64,000 nucleotides of DNA from an uncultured bacterium. GTDB taxonomy: Bacteria; Arandabacterota; Arandabacteria; JAGLYR01. Positions 37,346 through 47,189 of this stretch are shown here, piece by piece. Under the pieces are notes generated by a model that worked only from the letters and a program-made list of their open reading frames with translations, did no database searches and was not told where the DNA came from. Location of the stretch: the NCBI GenBank assembly GCA_964610505.1, contig CAZSXU010000014.1, positions 4,652 through 68,651 of the forward strand, read 5' to 3'. The position numbers and the translations under genes are program-made. Positions within the stretch are counted from its first letter, which is position 1. Every line of letters begins with the position of its first letter.

Positions 37346-38711
37346 GAAGGGGGGCGAGACACTCCCCCGGTACCACTTTGTCGGCATCGCCGGAAGCGGC
37401 GTGAGCGCGCTGGCGCAATATCACGTCATGATGGGCGGAACCGCGTCCGGAAGCGATCGTGCTTTCGATCGGGGAGAAAACGGCGGCGTCCGGCGGCGAT
37501 TGGAATCCCTGGGTGTCGAAGTGGTTCCCCAGGATGCCAGCGGTCTGGGGTTGGGATGTGACGCCGTGATCGTGTCCGGCGCCGTCGAGGGAGCGGTCCC
37601 CGACCTTCACGTGGCGCGCCAGCAGAAGGTCCCCGTCCTTCACCGCTCCGAGCTCCTGGCCCGCTACGTGGCCGAGAGACACACGACGGCGGTTGGCGGC
37701 ACCAGCGGCAAGTCCACGGTGACGGCGATGATCTTCGAGATTCTCCGGGCGGGGGGGCGCGACCCGTCCCTCATCACGGGCGGCAATCTGATTTCCCTTC
37801 AGGAGGAAGGCTACGTGGGAAATGCCTGGGTCGGCGATTCGGACCTCCTGGTGATCGAGGCGGACGAGAGCGACGGCAGCCTGGTCCGTTACGAGCCGTG
37901 GATCGGGGTTCTCCTCAACCTCAGACGGGATCACCGGGAACCGGAGGAACTGGCCCGAGTGTTCCACGAGTTTCGGGAACAGACTCGAGGAGCGTTTCTG
38001 ATTGGAGAGGATGAGAATCTGGACGCGTTCTCCGCGGGGGCCGTGGTGTTCGGTCTGGATTCGGGCGCGGATTTTCGCGCGGAGTCGGTGGATCTCGAAC
38101 TCGAGGGTTCCCGGTTCTCGATTGCCGGAGTCGAATTTCGCCTCTTGGCGCCGGGACTTCACAACGTGCTGAACGCCACGGCTGCAGCGGCCGCGTGCCG
38201 GGCGTCGGGCGTGAGTCTCGAAGAGGCATCCAGCGCGCTCTCCCGATTCCGCGGCGTGGAACGGCGCTTTCAGATCGTCGGGCGGCGCGCCGGCGTCGAA
38301 GTGGTCGACGATTTCGCTCACAACCCGGACAAGATCCGTGCGGCCCTGGCCACCGCACGGTACCGGGCCGACCGGATCCTGGCCGTCTTTCAACCGCACG
38401 GCTACGGGCCGACACGTTTCATGCGCGAGGATCTGGTGGACATGCTGGCCCTGGGTCTGCGTCGTGCGGACCGGCTCTGGATGCCCGAGATCTATTACGC
38501 CGGCGGGACCGCCGAACGCGACATTTCATCCCGCGAGATCGTCGAGGAAGTGGCTCGGCTTGGCATTCCGGCCGCCTTTGCGGAGAGCCGGGACGATCTC
38601 ATCGACGAGGTCGTGGCCGAAGCGCGAAGCGGCGATATCGTCCTTGTCATGGGCGCCAGGGACCCGTCGTTACCGGAGGTCGCGCGCCGGATCTTCGAGC
38701 GACTGAGGTAG
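37305..38711 (+). CDS. Mur ligase family protein (MurC/Mpl-like); start uncertain
   Basis: HFVGIAGSGVSALA N-terminal Rossmann motif, ATP-binding GGTSGKSTVTAM, central and C-terminal Mur ligase domains. Possible starts: GTG 37284, ATG 37305, TTG 37332 (AGGGGGA upstream). Confidence 0.75.
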   Translation: MTVSNRGIQLSSSEKGGETLPRYHFVGIAGSGVSALAQYHVMMGGTASGSDRAFDRGENGGVRRRLESLGVEVVPQDASGLGLGCDAVIVSGAVEGAVPDLHVARQQKVPVLHRSELLARYVAERHTTAVGGTSGKSTVTAMIFEILRAGGRDPSLITGGNLISLQEEGYVGNAWVGDSDLLVIEADESDGSLVRYEPWIGVLLNLRRDHREPEELARVFHEFREQTRGAFLIGEDENLDAFSAGAVVFGLDSGADFRAESVDLELEGSRFSIAGVEFRLLAPGLHNVLNATAAAAACRASGVSLEEASSALSRFRGVERRFQIVGRRAGVEVVDDFAHNPDKIRAALATARYRADRILAVFQPHGYGPTRFMREDLVDMLALGLRRADRLWMPEIYYAGGTAERDISSREIVEEVARLGIPAAFAESRDDLIDEVVAEARSGDIVLVMGARDPSLPEVARRIFERLR

Positions 38712-38730
38712 GGGGGCAGGCGGAGACCCT

Positions 38731-38749
38731 CAGCCACAGATTCCACAGA
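38731..38749. repeat. 19-bp exact direct repeat, copy 1 (CAGCCACAGATTCCACAGA)
   Basis: Identical to 48320..48338; immediately 3' of the Mur ligase stop and 25 bp upstream of a consensus promoter. Confidence 0.9.
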
Positions 38750-38773
38750 GGTCACTATAGGTTTTTTGTTATG

Positions 38774-38802
38774 TTGACAAAGCATTCCGTCGAATGTATA
38801 CT
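38774..38802 (+). promoter_or_regulatory. Near-consensus sigma-70-type promoter (TTGACA-N17-TATACT)
   Basis: TTGACA at 38774-38779, 17-nt spacer, TATACT at 38797-38802, in an AT-rich patch upstream of the metal-efflux operon. Confidence 0.5.
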
Positions 38803-38845
38803 GTAGTGGTGGACTTGGAATGAGCCGCTTCAGGTTTTTCCGTGA

Positions 38846-39301
38846 ATGGAGCGTGATTCTTTGAAATCACAGCGGTTACCGGCATTCTTGATCTGGGTAT
38901 GTCTGGCGGCGTACCTCCCGGCGGCGGTTCCCGGAACGGCGGCGTCTCCCATGTTCTGCGTGAGGACGGACGGGCGCGTGGCCGTGGAGACCGGCGGGGA
39001 AAGCCACTGCAACCCGATCCCTGTTTCGGACGCCCACGCCTGCTGCTCTCACACCCAAGAGAGCGTCCAATTCCAGGATACGAGGTGCCACTGCGGTCCG
39101 TGTATCGACATCGCCGTCCCGCTCGATCAGAGCATTGTCGGAATCCCCGACGTTTCGTTCAATCCCGTGACGGTGCCTCTCGCCATTCATGCCGAGATCT
39201 TCGTTCCGGACCCCCTCTCGGGAGAGAGCGAGGTTCGCTCCGTCCCGCCTGATAGCCGGGATCCGCTCTCTTCCCTCCGCACGGTCGTTCTTCTGATCTG
39301 A
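38846..39301 (+). CDS. Hypothetical small secreted Cys/His-rich protein (possible periplasmic metal-binding protein)
   Basis: Signal-peptide-like N-terminus; cluster HCNPIPVSDAHACCSHTQESVQFQDTRCHCGPC. First ORF downstream of the promoter, upstream of the TolC/adaptor/RND genes. No SD seen, so start uncertain. Confidence 0.4.
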   Translation: MERDSLKSQRLPAFLIWVCLAAYLPAAVPGTAASPMFCVRTDGRVAVETGGESHCNPIPVSDAHACCSHTQESVQFQDTRCHCGPCIDIAVPLDQSIVGIPDVSFNPVTVPLAIHAEIFVPDPLSGESEVRSVPPDSRDPLSSLRTVVLLI

Positions 39302-39414
39302 TCCGTCGAAATCGGTTCGCCCATCCACGGACGCCGACCGAGCCACCGGTCTTCTGCCGACATGTCGGACGTGCGTCCCACCGAGTTGACACGAGCGGAT
39401 TTCGAGGGAATCTC

Positions 39415-40833
39415 ATGTCAAAGAACAACTCCATGTTTCATGTGCTCCAGATCCTTGCGATGGCTACCGGACTCGCGGCGGCCGCAGGCTGCGGGGGGGC
39501 TTCGAGTGGCCCCTGGCCCGAGGCCCGTCCTCTCGGGCGAGACCTCGACGCCTACCGGGCGCCTGCGCGTCCGACGTCGGCCTCCGACGCGCCGGCCCGG
39601 AGTTCGGGTGCCGATCCCCCTTCGACCGTCCTTTCCCTGAAAGATGCACTGGCGTTTGCGCTTGAGCGGAGTCCCGAGCTGGCGGCCTCCTCCTGGGAGG
39701 TTCGAGCCGCCGAAGCGAGAGCCGTTCAGGCGGCCTTAAGGCCGAACCCCGAAATCGAGCTGGAGGTCGAGGAATTCGGAGGCACCCACGGCCGGCGGGA
39801 CTTCGACGGGGCCGTCGTGATTCCGGCCGTCACTCAGGAGGTTGAGCTCGGCGGTAAACGCTCCAAGCGAAAGCGGGTTGCTCTCCTGGATACGCAGCTG
39901 GCCGGCTGGGACTACGAGTCCAAACGCCTCGATGTGTACACGGAGGTGAGGATGGCGTTCATTGCCGTACTCGCCGGCCAGGAACGGGTCCTCCTGGCCG
40001 AGGAACTGGTACGGCTGTCCGACGAGGTCTACTCGTCCGTTGCGGAAAGGGTGAACGCCGGGAAGGTTTCCCCGCTTGAAGAGACCAAGGCGAGCGTGAC
40101 TCTCTCCACCAGCCGCATCGAGCGGGACCATGCGAAACGCGATCTTGCCGTGGCGAGAAAGCGGCTTTCGATTACCTGGGGAAATCCATCGCCGACGTTT
40201 GAGAGGGTCGAGGGGCAGCTGGAGTCACCGGGCCAGGTTCCGCCCGTCGAGACGCTGGTCTCCCGGGTTGCCGGGAACCCCGAGGTGGCCCGCTGGACGA
40301 CGGCGATCGAGCAACGTCGTGCCGCCATCGAGATGGAGAAGGCCGGGAGGATTCCGGACCTGACCCTATCGGGCGGCGTCCAGCAGTTCAGGGAAACCGG
40401 CGATCGGGCATTCAAGGTGGGGATCTCCATTCCGTTTCCGATCTTTGATCGCAACCAGGGGGCGGTGAGGGAAACCGAGAGCGCCCTGGCCAAGGCGAAC
40501 GAAGAACGCCGGGCCGTCGAGGTACGGGTTCGCGGCCGGATTCTGGAAACACATGAATTGTTAACGGTAGCTCATTCGGAAGCCCGGAGTCTCGGCGAGG
40601 TGGTTCTTCCGGCCGCCCGCCGGGCGTTTGAGGCTGCCGAGGAGGGCTACCGGAGTGGGAAGCTGGGATACCTGGATGTCCTGGATGCCCAGCGGACCTA
40701 CTTCCAGGTGAAAGAACAGTGGGTCCAGGCGCTCTCGGCCTATCACGGGGCCGTGGCGGAAATGGAACGACTGATCGGCGGGTCCCTCCGGGAAGCGGGC
40801 GGGCTCGAACCAAACCAGGAGAATCAACGATGA
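39415..40833 (+). CDS. TolC-family outer membrane efflux protein (CzcC/CusC-like lipoprotein)
   Basis: Lipobox-like LAAAAGCGG; OEP-type coiled-coil repeats; stop overlaps the adaptor start (ATGA). Confidence 0.85.
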   Translation: MSKNNSMFHVLQILAMATGLAAAAGCGGASSGPWPEARPLGRDLDAYRAPARPTSASDAPARSSGADPPSTVLSLKDALAFALERSPELAASSWEVRAAEARAVQAALRPNPEIELEVEEFGGTHGRRDFDGAVVIPAVTQEVELGGKRSKRKRVALLDTQLAGWDYESKRLDVYTEVRMAFIAVLAGQERVLLAEELVRLSDEVYSSVAERVNAGKVSPLEETKASVTLSTSRIERDHAKRDLAVARKRLSITWGNPSPTFERVEGQLESPGQVPPVETLVSRVAGNPEVARWTTAIEQRRAAIEMEKAGRIPDLTLSGGVQQFRETGDRAFKVGISIPFPIFDRNQGAVRETESALAKANEERRAVEVRVRGRILETHELLTVAHSEARSLGEVVLPAARRAFEAAEEGYRSGKLGYLDVLDAQRTYFQVKEQWVQALSAYHGAVAEMERLIGGSLREAGGLEPNQENQR

Positions 40834-42299
40834 AACGAACGGAGACCTTGGCCCTGGCTGTGGCGGTCTTTCTTTTCGCAGTCTCGGGCGTCCTGTGGCT
40901 CACGAAGCCCGACTCGCCGGGTGTCCCCGCGGCGCACGACGGCGGGGATCATACCGGCGGCGGATTGTGCGGCCACGACCATTCCGCCGAGGCACCGGCG
41001 GACGCGAACGTGCCCGCGTGCGGCCACGACCATTCCGCCGAGGCACCGGCGGAAGACGGCGCACCCTCGTGCGATCATGACCATTCGGGGGAACACGCGC
41101 ACGGCGAAGGCGCGGCGGATCTTGAGATGTCGATCGATGAAATCATGACGACCGAATGCGAGCACGGAGTGGCCACGCATCTCTGCGATGACTGCCGGTA
41201 CGAAGTCGGTGTCGTCAAGGTGGACGAGTCGCTCATTCGAAATCACCCCACCTCCGAAGAGGGACTGATCCGCGTCATCCCGGCTTCCCGATCGGCAACG
41301 CCTTCCGTCTTGCGGGTCACGGGGGAGGTGGGACTCAATGAAAACCAGGCCGTTCGCATCAGCCCGCAGGTCCCCGGCATCATCCGATCGGTGCCCATTG
41401 ACATCGGTGCCCGGGTGAAGAGGGGGGACGTGCTCTTCGAGATCGAGAGCCGGGAGCTGGGGCGGGCCTTCAGTGAGTATGAGAGAAACCGGGCGATGGC
41501 GGATCTGGCCAGGCAGAACTTCGAGCGGGAGAAGACCCTTTTCGACAAGAAGATCTCCTCCGAGTGGGACATGATCGAGACGCAGATGGTCTATAAGGAG
41601 CACGAGACGAATCTCCAGGCGTCGGAGACGGCGCTCCGGGTTCTGGGATTTACGGACGAAGATCTACGGTCGCCGGCAGGACCGACGGGCGCGGCGCGGA
41701 CCGGGCGCCTCCCGGTTCGTTCGCCCATTGACGGCAGGGTCATCGAGAAACAAGCCGTGGTGGGAGAGCGGGTGGACGAAGGCGATGACCTGATGATGGT
41801 TGCGGATCTCGGTGCCGTCTGGGTGTGGGCCGACATCTATGAACAGGATCTGGCGACTCTCATCGAGGCCAGGCGGCACGGTCCGGTACCGGTCGAGGTA
41901 TCCGTGCACGCGTTTCCCGGGTTGGCGTTTCCGGGGGAGATCGACTACGTCGGCGCCGTGATGCAGGAACGAACCCGAACCGTGAAGGTGCGGGCGACGG
42001 TGGCCAACGGGGAAGAGCTTCTTCGCCCCGGGATGTTCTGCGAGATCCGGCTTCTCCTGGGAATCACCGATGCCGCCCTGGCCGTCCCCAAGGCCGCACT
42101 CCTCTCCGACGAGGGCGTCGATTTCATTTTCAAGCATCTGACGGGCAACTGTTTCGTCCGGAGACCGGTGGACCTAGGACGAGAGTTCGAGGGCCGGGTG
42201 GAGGTTCTCGCCGGACTCGGTGCCGGTGAGATGATCGTGACCGACGGCGCATTTCTTCTGAAATCGGATGTCCTGCGCTCGAAGATGGGCGCAGGCTGA
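40830..42299 (+). CDS. RND efflux periplasmic adaptor (CzcB/CusB-like) with His/Cys-rich N-terminal extension
   Basis: Start at ATG 40830 (MKRTETLALAVAVFLFAV). N-terminal CGHDHSAEAPA repeats, then HlyD-type adaptor domains. Confidence 0.85.
   Translation: MKRTETLALAVAVFLFAVSGVLWLTKPDSPGVPAAHDGGDHTGGGLCGHDHSAEAPADANVPACGHDHSAEAPAEDGAPSCDHDHSGEHAHGEGAADLEMSIDEIMTTECEHGVATHLCDDCRYEVGVVKVDESLIRNHPTSEEGLIRVIPASRSATPSVLRVTGEVGLNENQAVRISPQVPGIIRSVPIDIGARVKRGDVLFEIESRELGRAFSEYERNRAMADLARQNFEREKTLFDKKISSEWDMIETQMVYKEHETNLQASETALRVLGFTDEDLRSPAGPTGAARTGRLPVRSPIDGRVIEKQAVVGERVDEGDDLMMVADLGAVWVWADIYEQDLATLIEARRHGPVPVEVSVHAFPGLAFPGEIDYVGAVMQERTRTVKVRATVANGEELLRPGMFCEIRLLLGITDAALAVPKAALLSDEGVDFIFKHLTGNCFVRRPVDLGREFEGRVEVLAGLGAGEMIVTDGAFLLKSDVLRSKMGAG
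40967..41053 (+). repeat. In-frame 51-bp tandem repeat inside the adaptor gene
   Basis: GTGCGGCCACGACCATTCCGCCGAGGCACCGGCGGA occurs twice, 51 bp apart (40967 and 41018), encoding CGHDHSAEAPA twice; a third degenerate unit encodes CDHDHSGEHAHGE. Confidence 0.8.
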
Positions 42300-42341
42300 G
42301 CGGATTAGACGGCAGGCGTGCCCTGCCCTGTGGGGAGAACA

Positions 42342-45300
42342 ATGCTTGACGGCTTTATCAGACTCATACTTGCCCGGCGTTCTCTCGTGCTGATCGGAAC
42401 GGTCGTGCTCGTGATCGCTGGACTCTTCGCGTGGCGGCACCTGCCCGTCGACGCGTTCCCGGACGCCACGAACGTACAGGTGGTGATTCTCACCGAAGCG
42501 CCCGGTCTGGCGCCCGTGGATGTCGAACAACAGATTACGTTTCCCATCGAACTGGCGATGCAGGGTCTCCCGGACGTACGGGAGGTCCGCTCCCTGTCGA
42601 AATCGGCCCTCTCTCAGGTCATCGTGATCTTTGAGGACCATGTCGATACCTACTTCTCCAGACAGCTGGTGTTTGAACGTCTGGAGGCCGCCAAGGATGA
42701 TCTGCCGGATTGGGTCGAGCCCGAGATGGGGCCCATCAGTACAGGCCTGGGGGAGATCTACCAGTATACCCTGGAGAGCGACGTCCGGTCCCCGACCGAA
42801 CTCAGGACCATCCAGGACTGGCTCATCGCCCCCCAACTGCGCCCTGTGGCCGGAGTGAACGAGGTCAACAGCCTCGGCGGGTACGTAAAGCAGTACCACA
42901 TCCTGGTCGATCCCAACCGGTTGCTGAAGTACGGCGTCACGCTTCGAGATGTGGTCGAGGCGGTCGAGAACAACAACGCCAGCGCGGGCGGGAACTTCAT
43001 CGTCAAAGGATGGGAACAGGCCTACGTGCGATCCGTCGGCCTGGTCCAGACGCTGTCGGATATCGAACACATCGTTCTCAAGGCCGCGGACGGAGCGCCC
43101 GTGTTCCTGAGAGACGTGGCCGACGTGGAGGTTGGCGCGGAGACGCGGCAGGGTGCGGTCACGCGGGATGGAAAAGGGGAAACGGTGGCCGGGATGGCCA
43201 TCATGTTGAAGGGGTCAAATTCGAAAGAGGTCGTGGATCGCGTGAAGGAAGCGATCTCCAGAATCCAGGCGGGTCTGCCCGACGACGTGAGAATTTCACC
43301 CTTCTACGACCGGACGGCCCTCATCCAGGCATGCATTCATACCGTGAGCAACGCTCTCCTCCTGGGCGGGATTCTCGTCGTCCTGGTGCTTCTCCTCTTC
43401 TTGGGGAATCTCCGAGGAGCACTGGTTGTTGCGGCGTCTCTCCCGCTCACGGCGTTTATTGCCTTCATCCTCATGGGATGGAGCGGGGTGACCGCCAACC
43501 TCATGAGCCTGGGGGGGCTCGCCATCGCGATCGGCATGATCGTGGACGCGTCGATCATCGTGTCCGAGAACATCTCCCGCCACCTGGCGGAGCGGGGAAG
43601 GCGGACCTCGCCGACCGCCGAGATTGCCTTTGAGGCCGTGCGGGAAGTGGCGAGGCCCGTGATCTTCGCAATTCTGATCATTGTCATCGTGTTTGTTCCA
43701 CTGTTCACGCTGGAGCAGATGGAAGGCAAGATGTTCAAGCCCCTGGCCATGACCATGGTCTTCGCGCTGATCGGCTCACTCCTTGTGGCATTCACGGTGG
43801 TGCCGGCTCTAATGACATGGGTTCCGCGGGGGCGGAAAGGGGAGGAAGACAACCGGATCGTTCGCATGCTCAGGCGGGGATACCGGCCCGCCCTTTCCCT
43901 GGCACTGAAGCATCGATGGCCGACCGTGGTGATCGCCTTGGTCCTTCTCGTCGGGGTCATACTCCTCGTTCCCCATCTCGGCACAGAGTTTCTGCCGCAG
44001 CTCGACGAGGGGGCGATCGCGATCAACGCGACCCGCCTCCCCTCGGCTTCGCTGGACGGATCGGTTGCCGTAGGGACCTTCGTCGAGCAACGCCTCGCCG
44101 AGTTCCCGGAGGTGCAAACGGTCGTGACCAAGACCGGCCGCGCCGAGATCTCCGAAGACCCGATGGGCCCCGAGCAGAGCGACTTCGTCATCATGCTCCA
44201 TCCGAGGAACGAGTGGAAGACCGGTCGTTCCAAGGCGGATCTGGTGGCGGCGATCCAGGAGAACCTGAGCCAGATCCCCGGGCTCCGGCTCTCGTTCTCC
44301 CAGCCGATTGCCCTGCGTGTGAACGAGCTGATCTCCGGCATCAAGAGCGACCTGGCGGTCAAAGTGTTCGGGCCGGATCTGGAGGTTCTCAGGGATACGG
44401 CCAATGAAATCGCCGTCCGGATGCAGGGCGTTCGCGGAGCCGAAGACGTGAAGGTCGAGCAGATCTCCGGATTTGCACAGATTGAGGTCGATATCGATCG
44501 TCGTGAGATTGCCCGTCACAAAATCAACGTTGCGGACATCAACGAGATCATCGAGACGGCCGTCGGGGGCAGGGTGGCGACGACCATCGTAGAAGGGCAG
44601 ATGCGTTTCGCGGCGGCGGTGCGGTTCCCGGAGCCGTTTCGCCGGGACGCTGCTTCGTTGGCGCGAATTCTGGTGCCCGCGCCCGACGGGCGACGGATCC
44701 CCCTGGGGCAGCTGGCGGACATCCGGCAGGTGGAGGCGCCCGGGCAGATCAGCCGGGAGAACAACCTGCGTCGTGTGGTCGTGGAGTGCAATGTCCGCGG
44801 GCGTGACCTGGGCAGCTTCGTGGCGGAGGTTCGGGAGAAATCCCGATCCATCGTCGCGGGGATGCCGGCGGGATACTTCCTGGATTTCGGAGGTCAGTTC
44901 GAGAACCAGCAGCGCGCCATGCGGCGGTTGTCCATCGTCGTTCCCGTTTCCATTCTGCTTATCTTTCTGATGCTCTTTTCCGCCTTCGGTTCCCTCCGGT
45001 CGGCTCTTCTGGTTCTGGCCAATCTGCCGTTCGCTCTCGTTGGCGGAGTGCTGGCCATTTTCCTGTCCGGAATCAACCTCAGTGTCTCGGCCGCCATTGG
45101 CTTCATTGCCGTCTTCGGCATCGCGGTGGAGGACGGCACCGTCATGGTTTCGTTCTTCAACCGATTTCGCGACCAGGGATTGAGCCCGATGGATGCCGTA
45201 CGGAAGGGGTGCGAGGTCCGCTTCACCTCGGTTCTGATGACGACGCTCACGACTCTCCTGGGACTCATGCCCATGTTCTTTGCCCGGGGAAGCGGATCGG

Positions 45301-45428
45301 AAATTCAGCGTCCGCTGGCGGCCGTGGTGTTGGGCGGTCTGGCTTCGGCGCTCGTGCTGACGCTGCTGGTCCTGCCGGTGCTGTATTCCCTCGTGGAAGG
45401 TCGATCGGAGGCGGATGCGGAGACGTAG
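42342..45428 (+). CDS. Heavy-metal efflux RND transporter (CusA/CzcA family)
   Basis: About 1030 aa, 12 TM with two large periplasmic loops, HME-RND type; ATG 42342 with GGGGAG upstream. Confidence 0.9.
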   Translation: MLDGFIRLILARRSLVLIGTVVLVIAGLFAWRHLPVDAFPDATNVQVVILTEAPGLAPVDVEQQITFPIELAMQGLPDVREVRSLSKSALSQVIVIFEDHVDTYFSRQLVFERLEAAKDDLPDWVEPEMGPISTGLGEIYQYTLESDVRSPTELRTIQDWLIAPQLRPVAGVNEVNSLGGYVKQYHILVDPNRLLKYGVTLRDVVEAVENNNASAGGNFIVKGWEQAYVRSVGLVQTLSDIEHIVLKAADGAPVFLRDVADVEVGAETRQGAVTRDGKGETVAGMAIMLKGSNSKEVVDRVKEAISRIQAGLPDDVRISPFYDRTALIQACIHTVSNALLLGGILVVLVLLLFLGNLRGALVVAASLPLTAFIAFILMGWSGVTANLMSLGGLAIAIGMIVDASIIVSENISRHLAERGRRTSPTAEIAFEAVREVARPVIFAILIIVIVFVPLFTLEQMEGKMFKPLAMTMVFALIGSLLVAFTVVPALMTWVPRGRKGEEDNRIVRMLRRGYRPALSLALKHRWPTVVIALVLLVGVILLVPHLGTEFLPQLDEGAIAINATRLPSASLDGSVAVGTFVEQRLAEFPEVQTVVTKTGRAEISEDPMGPEQSDFVIMLHPRNEWKTGRSKADLVAAIQENLSQIPGLRLSFSQPIALRVNELISGIKSDLAVKVFGPDLEVLRDTANEIAVRMQGVRGAEDVKVEQISGFAQIEVDIDRREIARHKINVADINEIIETAVGGRVATTIVEGQMRFAAAVRFPEPFRRDAASLARILVPAPDGRRIPLGQLADIRQVEAPGQISRENNLRRVVVECNVRGRDLGSFVAEVREKSRSIVAGMPAGYFLDFGGQFENQQRAMRRLSIVVPVSILLIFLMLFSAFGSLRSALLVLANLPFALVGGVLAIFLSGINLSVSAAIGFIAVFGIAVEDGTVMVSFFNRFRDQGLSPMDAVRKGCEVRFTSVLMTTLTTLLGLMPMFFARGSGSEIQRPLAAVVLGGLASALVLTLLVLPVLYSLVEGRSEADAET

Positions 45429-45532
45429 GCGTGGAGTCGTCGCCGTTCGACGCGGGATCGTCGGCGCCCCCGGCTGTCGGGCCTTCTCGTTCTCTTCTTG
45501 GTTGTACGGAATCCGGATGCTCCGTACAATAG

Positions 45533-47188
45533 ATGACGGGAGGGTTCGGAGTGAGGGGCTTCGGAAGCCGTCCCGGGGCCGGGACTTCCCGGCGCGATCG
45601 GAGACGAAGGATGATCCCTGGGAAGAGGAGAGCCGCCGACAGTTTGCGCGAGGGGGATGCGGAGAGGGGGCGGTTCGGGTTTCACGGTAAGCCGGCGGCG
45701 CTCGTTGTGTCGGTCTTTGTCGTTTCCCGAGTTCTCTTCTTCCTCGCCGGGGTCCGATTCGAGGCCACCCCCCTCAACAGCTACTGGCAGTATCTCGATC
45801 CTCAATGGCTCAGGGAGGATCTTGTCCGGAGCCTGTTCTATCTCCACAGCCAACCCCCACTGTTCAATTGTTTTCTCGGGCTGGTGTTGAAAACGTTCCC
45901 GGGTCACGAGAGCGGAGCTTTCGCCGTCAGCTACATGGCTCTCGGCCTGGTCCTGGGCATCTCTCTCTATTTGCTGATGATCCGGCTGGGCGTTTCGCGA
46001 TGGCTGGGCGCGGTGCTTTCGATCCTGTTCCTCATCAGTCCGTCATGCATTCTCTACGAGAACTGGCTTTTCTATACGTGCCCGGTCACCGTCCTCCTCT
46101 GTGTGTCGGCGCTGTTCTTTCACAGATTTCTGAGCACCCGCAGTGTGGCGAATGGCATCGTGTTTTTCACACTCCTTGCCGCCGTGGTATTGACTCGGAG
46201 CATCTTCCACCTCTTCTGGTTTCTGTTGTTCGGGGTGATTCTGGTTCTCTCGCAGCCGAGGCATTGGAAAAAAGTGGTCGTCGCGGGGTGTGTGCCGCTG
46301 GCGCTTCTCATGTTCGTCTATGCGAAGAATCTGTACCTCTTCGGGAGTTTTTCCAGCAGCACGTGGCTCGGAATGAATTTCGCCAAGATCACGACGGTTC
46401 GAGTGCCCAAGGAGCTGCGATGGGAATGGGTGAGCACGGGCACGCTTTCCAGCTTGGCCCTTCACCACCCCTTCGCCGGCCCCGGGAGTAGATCCTACCG
46501 CGGCTATTTCAGCCAACGGCCGAGAATCGGCGTCTCGGTTCTGGACGACGAGCTGAAGTCGACGGGACACGCGAACTATAACAACATCGCCTATGTCCGG
46601 ATCTCCAAGCAGTACTTCAGGGACGCGATGACCGTGTTGGCGCTCGATCCTGTCCGCTACCTCGGGGGGGTTGCCAAAGCCTGTGAGATTTACCTGAGGC
46701 CCGGAAGTCATTCGGAACTGTTGCGGGAGAATCGCAGGCGGCTGCGCGATTTCGAGAGAGCCTATCACATCGTCTTTCACGGGCAGGTTTCCGACGAGCG
46801 TGGAATCCCCCTCCAGCGTGGCAGCATTGCCGAGTACTATGTGCATGCCCGGGGAAGTGCGGGGTGGTTCACCAGCAAGGCCTGGTTCCTGATTGTGGGC
46901 TGCCCGCTACTCACGTTGTTCGGATTCGTTCTGGGGATGCGGGTGCTGAGGACGAGGGCGGACGCTCCCTTTGCGCTCACGATGCTGTTTCTGGCGGCCA
47001 ACATCGCCTACGTGACGGTGGTCTCCAACGCCGTCGAGATCGGTGAGAACAACCGGTATCGCTTCATTGTTGATCCTTATCTTCTCGTCATCGCCGGCGT
47101 GTGCCTGGAGCGCGGGCTCGGCGCGCTTCGGCGCCGCAGATCGGACATGAGCAAAGTGTGTGGAGACGAGCCGGGATACGGAGGGTAG
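45533..47188 (+). CDS. Hypothetical integral membrane protein
   Basis: Multiple TM helices, no family recognised. Alternative start ATG 45611 (MIPGKRR) has a better SD. Confidence 0.5.
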   Translation: MTGGFGVRGFGSRPGAGTSRRDRRRRMIPGKRRAADSLREGDAERGRFGFHGKPAALVVSVFVVSRVLFFLAGVRFEATPLNSYWQYLDPQWLREDLVRSLFYLHSQPPLFNCFLGLVLKTFPGHESGAFAVSYMALGLVLGISLYLLMIRLGVSRWLGAVLSILFLISPSCILYENWLFYTCPVTVLLCVSALFFHRFLSTRSVANGIVFFTLLAAVVLTRSIFHLFWFLLFGVILVLSQPRHWKKVVVAGCVPLALLMFVYAKNLYLFGSFSSSTWLGMNFAKITTVRVPKELRWEWVSTGTLSSLALHHPFAGPGSRSYRGYFSQRPRIGVSVLDDELKSTGHANYNNIAYVRISKQYFRDAMTVLALDPVRYLGGVAKACEIYLRPGSHSELLRENRRRLRDFERAYHIVFHGQVSDERGIPLQRGSIAEYYVHARGSAGWFTSKAWFLIVGCPLLTLFGFVLGMRVLRTRADAPFALTMLFLAANIAYVTVVSNAVEIGENNRYRFIVDPYLLVIAGVCLERGLGALRRRRSDMSKVCGDEPGYGG

Positions 47189-47189
47189 C

